From Camelus dromedarius (Eukaryota), in the NCBI RefSeq assembly GCF_036321535.1, contig NC_087437.1, positions 56,608,001-56,672,000 of the forward strand: a stretch of DNA of 64,000 nt, given 5' to 3'. Made by a program: the position numbers and the translations under genes. Within the stretch, counting starts at the first letter, position 1. The number at the start of each line of letters is the position of its first letter. The notes under the pieces are model-generated. The model saw nothing but the letters and a program-made list of their open reading frames with translations. It made no database searches and was not told the origin of the DNA. Shown here one piece after another: positions 13,661 through 25,800 of this stretch.

Positions 13661-16600
13661 TAGTGTTTACTGTAATTGAACTTGGAATTACTAAAGATAA
13701 ATATGTTATGTAATTCTGTCTGTATGCTCCCTTTCTTTCCTTATCTCCCCCCACTTTCTCTCTCCCTCCCTTCTGTCTGTGTCTCTCTCTCTTTCTCTCT
13801 CTTCTCACCTCTGTCTGCTCCTCCCTCCCTAGGTAAGTGTTTTAGGAGGTTTGTACTTGTTCCCGAATACCTTGGGCCAACCGGCTTGATCAAGCAGGCC
13901 AGGGGCCAGGGGTCTTGCTGAGCCTCTCTGGTTGTCCAAGTTATAGCCCATTGTAAGCTCCATCGAGCTGCCGAGAGTGCCAGACACGGATTTCATTAAT
14001 CCTACCATCAGTAGGTCTGAATTCATTGCAACTAATACAATACCTGTTTCTCTAACTATGCCAACATTTTCTTGACACCGTGTTTGACCTCCTGTTATTT
14101 CTCAACAAAAGCTGGCAAGCACTACCCAACACTGAAGTAAAACAGCCCAGCGGGCCACAGACTGCTGAGTGCATCCATGCTGAAATGAACAGCACATTCC
14201 AGAGAGATTCACAGAAGCTAAGGAGAAAAAACAAAGTAAGAATGCAGAATCATTTAGAGGAGAGAGTAATCCTCTAGGCCACCAGACTTACATATTTATC
14301 TTCCCTGCACTGAAAACCAGGGTGACTTCTACCGTAGACTCCCTGGCTATTCTTACTCCAGTACCTGGTTTTGCGATGTCTTTCCCAACTGTCTCCATCA
14401 GACCTTATCCTCACAAAGGAGTCACATATGTCCTCCTGATGTGACAAGTCTCTAAAATCTTTGAAGTTTCTGCCAGCAACACCAAAAGAGAAAGCAGCAT
14501 GCCATATGCGTATGTAGATTCAGTTATAGCTCAGACCCAGGATGGAATCAGACTGGGAAGATGGCTACATGGTATAAGAAATATGCAAAGCAAGGTAGAG
14601 TTTGTTTTGTTTCAAAGGCTTTAACTTTTTCCTCATGATTTTTGTGGAAAATTGGCATATGTTTTATTATCTGTATTAATATTTAATTATATGTATTATT
14701 ATATTTATAGGAAAACCAATTTTCCGATTCTGTAGCTAGCTCTGATGAGCACAAGGTTAGGTATTTATTTCCTGGACTAAAATACCAGATACTTGTTGAA
14801 GCCCTTCTTAGCAGGATAAGGCAAGGAAAGTTAATGGAAAGGGGGACCACTGACACAAACACTTTGGATGGTCCATGCAGTCATTTAACACAGCAGTGGA
14901 ACAATACTACATCCCTGAAAGAAGCTGAATAGTGATGGGAACCTACAAGCCCTCAAAGACTCAAACTGTAGGAATTGCTGTAAAGAAAATGTTCAGTGTT
15001 CTCTGGGAAAGAAAATCAGGAGAATCTAGGTGAAGAGGCATAGGAAAAAGTTTCTCTGATGGCAAGTCTGCATTTGGCTGCAATCTGTAGAAAAATAAAA
15101 GAAAGTCTAAAAACTGAAACTGCCCTGTGGAATTATTAATAAATTTGTCAATGAAGATAACATCCAATTGTCTTCAAATAAATCTAGCTGAAAAGAGGAA
15201 GTAGATTAATGGTGTTTAGGATTTAATCCTCTCAAAGATCAGAGGCACTTCTTGCTATTTATTGAACTATCAAAGAACAACTGCTACCTATTCTCTTTAA
15301 GTCTCTAGAGGCCAAAGTTTTATATTAAAACTCCAGGTGTTCTACACTGAATTTAGCATAGAATTTTATATAGAGTGGGTACTAGCAAATATCAGAATGA
15401 TCATGAGAACCAATTAGAAAGTCTTGTACAAAGTTAGGAAATATAATTAAAAAGTAGAAACAGATGTATACTGGCTCAGATGGAAAAGAATTGGTCTAAA
15501 GTTGGTCTGTAAATTGATGATCGGGTTTGGAAAGGAAGTTTTCTTGGGAAATAATTGCTGAATCTGACCATTCACATTTGCCTTATTAATAATGTACTCC
15601 CTTGCCAGGGAAGGAAAGCCGGGCTATCTGGTCCTTGTTCCTTTCATGAATATGAGTCATTCACAGAGGTCCGTAAGGATCATTAACAGAGAGGAACTTG
15701 AGAGCTTGAATGAAATGTTAAAATATAATGCTTACAATAAAATATTCTCACTGAGGGATGATGAACTTAACTAAGTAAGAACACTATATGTGTTCTTATA
15801 AGGGGTTCATAAGAAAGACACAAATAATAAAGTATGGTGTTGCTGGGAAACTCGATATGTAGCTGTGACCTTGATTCAGTAGCTTACTTTCCAGAGCGGA
15901 GGCTTGTTCATCTCCGATTAGGTATTCTAACACTTGAATTGTTTTTACAGATCTTTTTTATATGCAATCTCTCATTTAATTCTTGCAGCAATGCTTATGA
16001 TGTAGGTTTTTTCGATCCTATTTACAGATGTAGAAATTAAGATTCAGAGAGTTTACTTGTTCAAAGTTGTCTGAACAGAAAAAAAATCACAGAAAATGAA
16101 CTCAAGCCTTTATCCTCTCATTCCAAATTGTACGCACGTTTCACTATGTTGTACATCCTCTGAGTATCAAATTATATTGTATGTATTTGAAGGTGTTTGA
16201 TAAATGGCAAGGTGTTGCATACATATGAGGTGCTATGTGATCATTAATTAATTGAGTAATACATTTATTCTTTCATTCTTTTAACAAATCTCTGAACACC
16301 TGTCAGATGCTTTCATCACTTCCTTAAGCACTAAGGAAATATGAGGTATTACTTCGCTATCTAGCTCTAGAGATATATTTGACATATACTTTATTTTATA
16401 TTAGAACACTGATTGAGAAAACAATCATTTGCAAGACAATCATTCTTGAATAACTAGTTTTATAACTTGCTACAGCACAGAAGGACATAAATAATTCCAG
16501 AGACTGAATTTTAGCCACTGAAGTCACTTAGTTATTGACTTTAGAAGTACCTCCTTGTTTTGCTCTTACGTTTATTGCCCCCATTAGAATAAAACTAGAT

Positions 16601-17217
16601 CACTGGCTGCTGGTGTGCACTGACCTAGTTAAATATATACGTAAAGGACAACTTTTTCAGTGAAGCCACTTCAAGATAAGCTGCAAATATTTATATTCCT
16701 CTAAAGTATTGTTCCAATAATGGAAGCAGCGGCTCACAAAAATAAGAAGACTATCTGAGTTAGAGGCTTTGCTTTAGTGCTCAGGACTGTAAGTAACTGT
16801 AACTTCAGCATCTAACACATTTGGAATCCTGCAGAGTCTGTTAGAGGTCTCCAAGTGAAGATATTCACTTTTATATGGAGAGGAAAGCTTTCTCATCTAA
16901 TAAAATCTGAGACAGAGTGTTTAAGTAAGAAGTACATTGTTAGTTGGTTGACATTTTGTAATGATAACTACTAGTCTTACATTTGGACTAAACTCCAAAG
17001 TGTCTTTAATAGTTAGAAATGGTCTAAATTAGCTGTCAATTTTGAAATTAAATAGCATTATTTTACAGTCAAGGCAAGCATTCTCAGAAAAGAAATATTA
17101 ATTTCAATTATACGTGAAGTAGCCACTTTTGGCTCTTTGTTTATGTACCTTGTTTACCAGCTTAATTTACTGAGCATTTTCACAGAGTTTTTTCCTCTAA
17201 AATGCATTACTGATGCC

Positions 17218-17306
17218 TATTTAGGTAGACTAAATTATATAAAATTGCCAATATTAGATCATATTTGTCCTATAAAAATGGAAATTTCAAATGGGTCAAC
17301 CTAATA
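17218..17306. mobile_element. MADE2-like mariner MITE
   Basis: About 85 bp with terminal inverted repeats ttaggtagac...gtcaacctaa, inner aaattgcca/tggaaattt arms and TA flanks. Confidence 0.75.
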
Positions 17307-18529
17307 TATGGTCCCGCTTAAGGGAGCAATCTTAGTTATGCCAGCCTCCCCATATTTTTCATGATTATTCTTCCTTTAATGGATCCATTTAAATGAAATT
17401 AATTAAGAGGTTTCCAAAGCACTCTTCCCTTTTCTTCATTTAATGAAACAAATGTTCTACTTTCAAGTGTCCTTATCAAACCTTTATAAGGACTAATTCT
17501 TTCAGCTAAACATATGAAGAAAAATATTTTTGGAGAGAGGTTTATGCTGAGGAGATACCTTTTTCCTCAAAATGTGGAGATGAGGAAGGCATAGGGAGAA
17601 GACTGCACCTACATAAATAAATACGATGGATAAAATGTCCAGTTATGAAAGAAAAATATACACTTACATACTTAGATTTCATTAAAATACAGTATTTTGT
17701 CCATGGTGTCAGCAGTAATGTGAAACTCCTGAACTCTGATAATCATAAAAAGTAAGCTTAGATTATCTCAGAAGAGATTATGAATTAGTAGTCATTCTTT
17801 TAGTATTTTCTTTTAAAATACCTAGTCACAATCAATTTTGCTTATTTCATATTTAAAAGTTGTTTTCAAATCGTCAATGTTTCTCATCTGTGCAATAATT
17901 ATTGTTTTTATTTTGTGACTATATGACTTTGCGATGCTCTAACTTGGCCTTGGTAAATTAGGTCCCAAAGAGTTCCAATCCTGAAATATCAATTTCTCTG
18001 TCATCCTCCACCCACTTTATTTCAGGCAGCATGGGACTGTTTCATCTTAGATAACCCAGACTTGATATAATGGGTAATGTTCATGAACTAAAATGGAAGT
18101 TAATGAACCAGTGTTGGAAAAGGTGATCCATGACCAGATTGTCCTGATCTTTCACAGTACTGTCTGCTAATCTACTTGGCAAGTTGAGTTCAGTCTTCTT
18201 GTTCATGCATAACTGGGGTCACTCAAACATTAAAAGACTGGAACTCTTCTCCCTCTTATCCTCTGACCTAGTTTAAGCCTGTTGTCTAAACTCCTTGGTC
18301 CAGCATTAGAGAGAAGGTGTGAGTATATACATATGTGTGAATGTGCATTGGAAGTGATGATCCATTGAAAAAAATGAGGCCAAGTTTCTTTTATCCACAT
18401 CCAATAAGGATAAGGACATATGTAAATAGGAAACATCAAGTTAACTTAGTATTCCAATAAGTATGCATTAATTCTTGACAGATAATTATCATTTTTAAAC
18501 CCCCTTTCTATGCTTTGGTTGCCTCACTT

Positions 18530-19990
18530 CTTCTCTTAAAATATGCATAAGGAAATACCCTGGGTAAACGTAGTCAAATAGGTCCTAAAAGTGTTGGGTC
18601 ACAGAAGGACAGAAATTTTACAAGGATAGGTGATATAAGACTTAGGAAGAACCCTGAATTATGGCACTGACACGCTGTTAAAATGGCTATTGGAAGCTAG
18701 AGGAAAATAATGGCCCATACCTAAGAGAAGTAGAAATGCCAGAAATACTAAAGCAGAAGGCAGAGGAATGCTTAGAGAAGTGGGCATGCTGGAGTGGATT
18801 GCTAGAGTGGATTTACTAAGTGAGGCCAGAAAACACAGTAGCTGATTATGTTACAAAAGAGAGCCTCCATGACTCTGTTTACCAAAGTGATTAGCAAAGC
18901 ACTGACGAGAGAGGAATTAGCATGTTTGAAAAGCTCAATGTTGGCTATCCTCTCGAGCCCAAAGCAGATGATAGGAAATGCTAAGAACTGGGCTTACTGA
19001 TAGTTGGGGCATAATCAGATCCTAAACTAAGAGAGGCCATATGACAGCAAGTTTGAAGTCATTATGGTAATGAGTGTTAATGTCATTGTGCAGCCCAAGA
19101 ACTATGGAGATGATTCAAAAGAGACAGTTGGGAAAGATAGATCGTCAGCCAGTTAGAGTACAAGCAACCACTCCAATAAAATATTCCATTCCATTGTCTA
19201 GTTTCCACCTTTGAGCCAGTTCTCAAACTCTATTAATTAATCCATTGATTAATAGAGAGTCTAAGTTCCCCATGAGGAATAACTTTGGACATAATGGCAT
19301 GTAGAGAGATGATTTCTCTAATTTCCCAAATGACTTTTGGCTATTTAATCAGATAACCATACACTGTGAAAATGCGAATGCTTTGACATTTTGAGGGCTG
19401 TGCAACAGAATTTAAGTTGATATTAACATTTGAGGGTCCGAACCATTATTATGATCTTGCTGCTAGAGTGGGTGCATATGAGGACCTGAAAGTAAATGGA
19501 ATTCTGGCCCAGGTGCAGATGACATTGGACCCACTGGGTCTGCAAACATCCCAGAAGTTATTTTTCTGATCCTTGAATACAAATTAAAATGGACGTATTT
19601 GGTTGTTGAAAAGACCCCATATTGGCTTCTTGGCTTGTGGGACCAGAGCTGTTGAAACGGGGAAGGTAAAGTAGAAATTTCTAAATCTGTCCCCCAGCCC
19701 TACTCCTGGTCAAGATGACTCACCAAAAAACTCTTTATAGGAGTAGACATGAATGTGAAGATCTTTTCATTACAAATCAGTGCCCACCAGAGAAAAATCT
19801 AACCATAGGAGAGATTCAAATGACACTTCAAAGCAGCACAATAGACTGACAAGCAGAGCAGCCTTGATGGTGGAGATGGGGGCAATGCATACACAGACCC
19901 ACCAACATGGTCTTCAACAACACAAATCTGATCTAGCGCTAGCTGTTGCTTAATATCAATCTTCCATCAATGGAGACCAATACAGAGCTT
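18530..19990 (+). mobile_element. ERVL (class III) internal remnant: gag, protease, RNase H and integrase fragments
   Basis: Hand translation gives LREVGMLEWI (18771-18800, gag), RVGAYEDLKVNGILAQVQMTLDPLGLQT (19465-19548, protease), VKIFSLQISAHQR (19755-19793, RNase H) and QHGLQQHKSDLALAVA (19903-19950, integrase N-terminus). All resemble ERVL polyprotein motifs and are in the correct order. Confidence 0.8.
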
Positions 19991-20122
19991 CTGCCGGATC
20001 TTCTTCCAGCTTCCATTAGTCAAAGGTCACTTCCTTAGTCCTCAGTCCTAATTCACACTCTTTCACTAACTGCCTCTTCCAAGCTGGAATTAATCTTTCT
20101 ACATTTAGTTTCCACATCAAAA

Positions 20123-20565
20123 GTTTTTAATTTTTTAATTGAGGAGTAGTCAATTTACAATGTTGTGTTGGTTTCTGGTGTACAGCACAGTGACTTATTT
20201 ATACTATATATATATATTCCTTTTCATATTATTTTTCATTATAGGCCATTACAAGGTATTAAATGTAGTTCCCTGTGCCATACAGCAGGACCTTGTTGTT
20301 TATCTATTTTATATATAGTAGTTAGTATCTGCAAATCCCAACCTCCCAATTTATCCCTCCCCACTCACTCTGGTAACCACAAGTTTATTTTCTATGTCTG
20401 TGAGTCTGTTTCTGTTTTGTAAATAAATTCACTTGTGGGAATTTTTAGATTCCACATATAAGTGATACCATATGGTATTTTTCTTTCTCTTTCTGGCTTA
20501 CTTCACTTAGAATGATGATCTCCAGGTCCATCAGTGATGTGTGAAATTAGAACACTCCCTCACAC
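20123..20565 (-). mobile_element. 5'-truncated LINE-1 3' end with a short inverted ORF2 piece
   Basis: T-rich tail, then aattgaggagtagtcaatttacaatgttgtg...cttcacttagaatgatgatctccaggtccatc (antisense L1 3' UTR). 20540-20565 is sense-oriented L1 ORF2-like sequence. Confidence 0.88.
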
Positions 20566-22239
20566 ATCATTATTTTTGTTTTTATTTTCTTCTGAAATGT
20601 ACCATTCAGAAACATGTGTATCATACATATTTGTATTTGTCTTATACTCTATGATCATTGTTCTTCCTTTTCTCCTCAAAGCATAGACTGGTACATGGTG
20701 GTTACTAAGTGATTTTTACTGAGTGAATGAGATACAGATAGTTGTTGACAATATAATAACTGAATAACTAGCCATGGAACTGATTTATCTCCCTTAAGAT
20801 ATATATGTCAATTGTAATGACACTTATATGGTAAACCACATAAATAATGAGGGGAGACTTTAGAAATAGAAGTTTTCAATGGAAACTGAGAGAAAGGAAA
20901 TTTCAGGGAGAGGAAAAACATTGGCACAGAAGTGGATTCTTGCCTCTTGCCAAAATTTTATACCTAAATTCAGTGATGAAAATGAGAAATTGCAACATAT
21001 TTTCATAAATTCACTGCCTTATTTAATAATGACATTGATTAGAATAATTCTAATTTATAGTCTAAAAATATCTTTCTGTAATTTCTGTTGAGTGTGTTTG
21101 TGTTATGGCCTCTTAAATATGTCATAAGAGTTTACTTGTTTTCCTGACATTTAATATTTTAAATGAGCTGTAACATGGCTTTTATTTTAATCTCCAACTA
21201 TAACTTTGTTTACAGTAGCCTGATGTTCTTTGGAAAGCGGGAGGTGATGTTAAGAATTAAAGTACCTTGATATATAGTTCATTTGGATGTGATTAGAAAT
21301 ACAATGGAAAACAATTATCACTTTCTTATGATTTGTGATGGTTGGGATGGAGTTTCAGGGGCCAATTTCAGCACCTTGGTCAGAGCAATGAGATGAAGAA
21401 CATTTTTGCATATTTGCACAACTTGGATACAACAGGACAATCATTGTTTTTCTGTACCAACAAATATATATTCAACAGTAATTGGCAAAGGGGTGCAATA
21501 GCCAACTATAATCATTTTGTAAGTATCCATTAAAGTCTTCGAGAATTTTTACCTTAATAAACATCCTTTAAAAAAAATCGTATCACCCTTGAGCTTACAA
21601 AAACATAAAAATCATCTCATTCAAAATTCCTACCTCCCTTTATATATAGACAAAGACCTCTACTTTAAGTTATTCTTTAAGAATAAAAATTTACATGATA
21701 AAAAGAAAAAAACGCAATAGTTTGATTTTTTGTAAAAATACACATTTGTTGTAGAAGATGAGAAGTGTGCATGCAGACATATATGCAGTAGTTGCAGAGT
21801 TATGATTGTTCCTTTTGCTTATTTTTGTTTTCTAATATTTCTCCCATAAGCATGGGTGATTAAAAAAATATACGAATGTTTTGTAAAAATACATCATTAG
21901 CTTGCCCTCACAATAAAGCAGGAGCCTTGACAGAGACCATGGATTTGAATACATAACATTCCTTACGGGTTCAACATATATTGATGGCAGAGGTAAAACA
22001 GAGGTAGAAGCCAACCTGAGAGCATAATAATACTGTGAGGGAGACTCAAGGTTAATTGACCATTCTTCCCACTCAGAGTCTTTGTTCCCTTCTAAGCTGT
22101 CTACTTTCTGTTTGTACTTGTTACAAGAGCTATGTACAATTGTTAGAGATGGTTTTAGAAATCTCTTCTAGATCTCATAAACTGTACTTCCAAGCTTTCA
22201 TATTCTATGCTGATGCTTTTGTTTATGATGATAGTGATA

Positions 22240-22860
22240 ATGGTAATAACATAATTATTATTTATATATGTGTGCTTACTATGTGTCAGTGTTGGGCTGC
22301 ACCACGCAGACCTGCAAGACCAAAAAGAGAGCCCAAAGTCAGCAACACAGACATCAGTGGTTTAGTGGGTGGGGAAGTTTCCGTATCTGAAGCAAGGTCC
22401 TGGAGCAGCACCCCACCGTGTGCGGCGGATGCCAGGGCAGGACACAGCAGCAGCCTTCACTCCCAAGAGCAGGAGGAGGTTAGCAGTTAAAGGGGGAACC
22501 AAGGTCAGGTTGGCTCATTGGTTACCAGGGAAACCAACAGAGAGGCACGCTCCTCCTCGTCCCTTTGATAAGAACAATCACTAGCTGGGGCTGGGGCAAG
22601 TATGTAGGAAGGTCGTCACGTGAGTAGGCTGTAGGTGAAAAAGACACTAGTCGAGCAGAGGATGTAGAAAGAGCAAGAGAACTGCCGTTGTGAGTGGCCT
22701 GACCGTACAGTCAGAAACAAGTCTAAGTATCTGAGTATCACTTACTTAATCTCTGCCTCAAAACTTGAGTTAGGCACTATTATTTTGCCAGCATTACAAA
22801 TCAGGCAAAATCCTACAGAGGTTAAGTAATATGCCTAAATCCATACAGCTGGTAAATGAA
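22240..22860 (-). mobile_element. MIR SINE split by the solo LTR
   Basis: atttatatatgtgtgcttactatgtgtcag on the left resumes after the LTR as ...aggcactattatt...cagaggttaagtaatatgcctaaatccatacagctggtaaatg (MIR core). Confidence 0.7.
22290..22709 (-). mobile_element. Solo LTR (420 bp) inserted into a MIR
   Basis: TG...CA termini with a perfect 5-bp TSD GTCAG (22285-22289 and 22710-22714). GC- and CpG-richer than its flanks. Strand is inferred from a decayed poly(A) signal near 22361-22368. Confidence 0.85.
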
Positions 22861-25800
22861 AGGTGGTAATCTATTCTAAATTGTGGAAAAAATAAGTTTT
22901 TTTTTAAACTTAATTGATATTCTTAAGTTTTAAATGAATCTAGATACATTGTGAAGATTGCTTTAACTGGCCTTTGTAGAATTAGAGACTCAATGTTAAA
23001 AAGTCATCCAATATTTCAATATTCCGCAGTGTTGATTGTAGTAGATTTCCAAGCCTATTGATCAGATTATAAAAATCAATGGGCCAGACAGTGAGAAGAG
23101 GAATACTTTCTTGGTTCTTTCATATTTAACGAAATTAGTATTATTTATAGAGAACAATATGCTCTTTCTTTCTTATTTTACACCATCTGTCTCTGACTTG
23201 GTAGAGGGTTAAAATTATCACAGTAGTAATGCAAAGGGGAAAAGGTGTTAAAATTCAACTTTGACATTGAAAATAATATCACAAAAAGATAGTAAGATTG
23301 ACATGGAGAGAAAATTACTTCCTAGGCAGGGTAGTAAGACTGATCACAGGCAAGCTGGAACAGAAAGGAGAAGGGGGAAAAGACAGGCAAAGCAGATGAT
23401 CAGGTATTTGTTACAATATGTGACCTCAGAGAGCAGATGCATGTTAAAAGAGTAAGATGAATGGCTAAGACATAAATAACAAAGGTTTTGGCCTGTTTTT
23501 TCTTCCAATTCAGGAACAAAATTGTGTCCCAAGCTCCCTCCTCCACAGCAAAGTAAACTTGACTCCTTCCCTTGAAAAAGTTGTGTCCAGACAACATTTT
23601 GCTTATCTACACACATGCGAGCATGGATTTTTGATCATTGTGTATTATAGAAATGGGCTGCTTTTACTTTAATTGAAAGTCATATTGTACAAAAAATTAA
23701 ATAACTTGAAATATGTTAGTGTTTCATGAAGAAAGAGGTTATGATGCTGCAAATACATTATATATAATAACTTACATATAACAAGATATATAGTAACTTA
23801 AATTCATTTTACTACACATTTTGATTACCAGCTACAAATGAACTCTCATTCATTTCAAAGAAATATATTCTATTTCTCTGCTCAACTTGTTTTTCACTCT
23901 TTACAACCACTTGCAAATGGTTTATTAAGAGATATCATCTCATTGAAGTATTAAGATGAACTGGGTTATTTTTTGGTTTGTTTGTTTACTGATTTCAGCC
24001 ATGCTGTGCTGAATTACCTTTCCCATTTTGGGGTAAATATCATAAATTTTTAGTCATTTCTGTCATGAAGCCTGGTCCAGATGAGTTTTAAACTTTAATC
24101 TTACAATTGAATGAATTGATAATCTTATAACTGGTCCTTCTCCCCCAATGCAGGTTAACCTCATGGTTCAGGGCACTTTAGAAAGGAGTTCCACTCTTGA
24201 CCTACCACTGGCTTCACTCTCCTTAATTTGGGTACATACCTACTTAACTAGCAGAGGTTTAGCCTAGTATTATTCATAGTTGCTGCTTTCTTGGATAATG
24301 TGGCTGGCTGTTGTTGTCCTGTACATGGCAGACAGCGAAATACTGATTTTTCTGTACATTTTGGACATAAGTCTAGTTAGGTTGCCATAGGCTACAGTTA
24401 CACCTAGTGTCCCATTATTTCTCCCAGTTTAGTATTTGTCACTCTAAAAAAGTCACAGCCTGGACAATACATTGTATGACCATGTTCCAATGGGATACAT
24501 TTGTAGGGTCTTTCTAGGATAGAAGAACTTCTAAGCAGCTTTGGCTCAACCACTTGTAACAGTCCCCTTCCCCTAACTTCAGCTCACACCCCCAGATGTC
24601 TACCCTAGAGTCTCTTGCTTCTTATGTCCATTGCTTGGGAGATGGACATGGTAAAGTGAAAATGTTTCAAACCCAGCAACTTCTGCAGGGTTTGATCAAC
24701 TACAGGAATCTCCTTTCCATGAACAAAATTGGGAGTCCAAGTCACTCTGATGCCTCCTCTTTGGCTGCCCTGACATCCAATATCATACTGACACAACTAG
24801 TGTCTATCAGAGGAACAAAATTTAACATTACCTTTCTTGCCATCTCTCCTGATTACACGATTCTCTTGCATAACTCCATTGGGCTCCAAGGGGGAAATTT
24901 TCTCACCCTTCTTCTAATGGGATAGTCATTGGGGTAATCACTCTTCTCATGGGCTATTTGATATTTTGTTTAAATGATGATGACTACCATATACTCTCCT
25001 TACTCCTTGTGCTCTCTGTACAGTACATGTAAGATCTTCAAAGAAACATTAGAATAGCATTTTTTAGAAAAAACCCTAAGATTTTAAAACAAAAGCTGAT
25101 GGATATGAAACAAGAAGAACTGGTAATTTACACTATCTAAATCCCCATACTTTTGTCTTCAAAGGCTTTGGCGACCGTCTTGGGAAACTGAGAGCATTAC
25201 AAGAAATCTACAAAAGTTGGACTCCTTTTAAGGGTTACTATATAAGTACCGATGTAACTAGTCATGGAAGATGATGACTGAATTGTTTTAAGGATGCAAA
25301 AAACATTTCTAAGTTATCACCTTCACTTTTGGGGTGTTCTATATTTGGCAACTCTTTTCTATAACTAATAATATATTTGCAGAGTCTGTAGTATGTCTCA
25401 TTGCACAAAAATTTCTGCTGGATTTCAAGAATGGATTATTTTATTAAAAAAAAGAATCTGTCCTAAAACTACCTGTACCAATAAACATTCCCTGAACAGG
25501 CCTCACACTTCGCCCTGTTGAGTTTTTCTTCTCTCTTCCATCCCTCCTACCTTTGCATCTATGGAAGCAATTCTAACTTTATGTCTAACGGATGTCTCAT
25601 CGGGTCTTCAATGCATCCTTTCCTAGTTTCTCTCCACTCACCAACTTGTAAACTCTTTTAAGACATGGGCCACAGTCCCTAGAACATAAAACTATACTTT
25701 GAGCATGGTAGGAAAACAAAGAGCATTTATTGATTTGAGTCAACAGAAATATGAATAACTAGTTTTAAGAAGTGATTTTTCACTCAAGAATTAAATTAAA

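Noticed and set aside
22056..22490. 144-aa ORF
   Set aside because: It runs across unique DNA, a MIR and an LTR, starts at a non-ATG codon, and has no coherent protein features.
24381..24395. X-box-like GTTGCCATAGGCTAC
   Set aside because: Imperfect, and it appears to be the end of a small decayed DNA-transposon-like element (~24378-24487).
24100..24950. Possible ancient LINE or pseudogene remnant (ORFs 24596..24925 and 24605..24796)
   Set aside because: Hand translation gave no motif I could assign with confidence.
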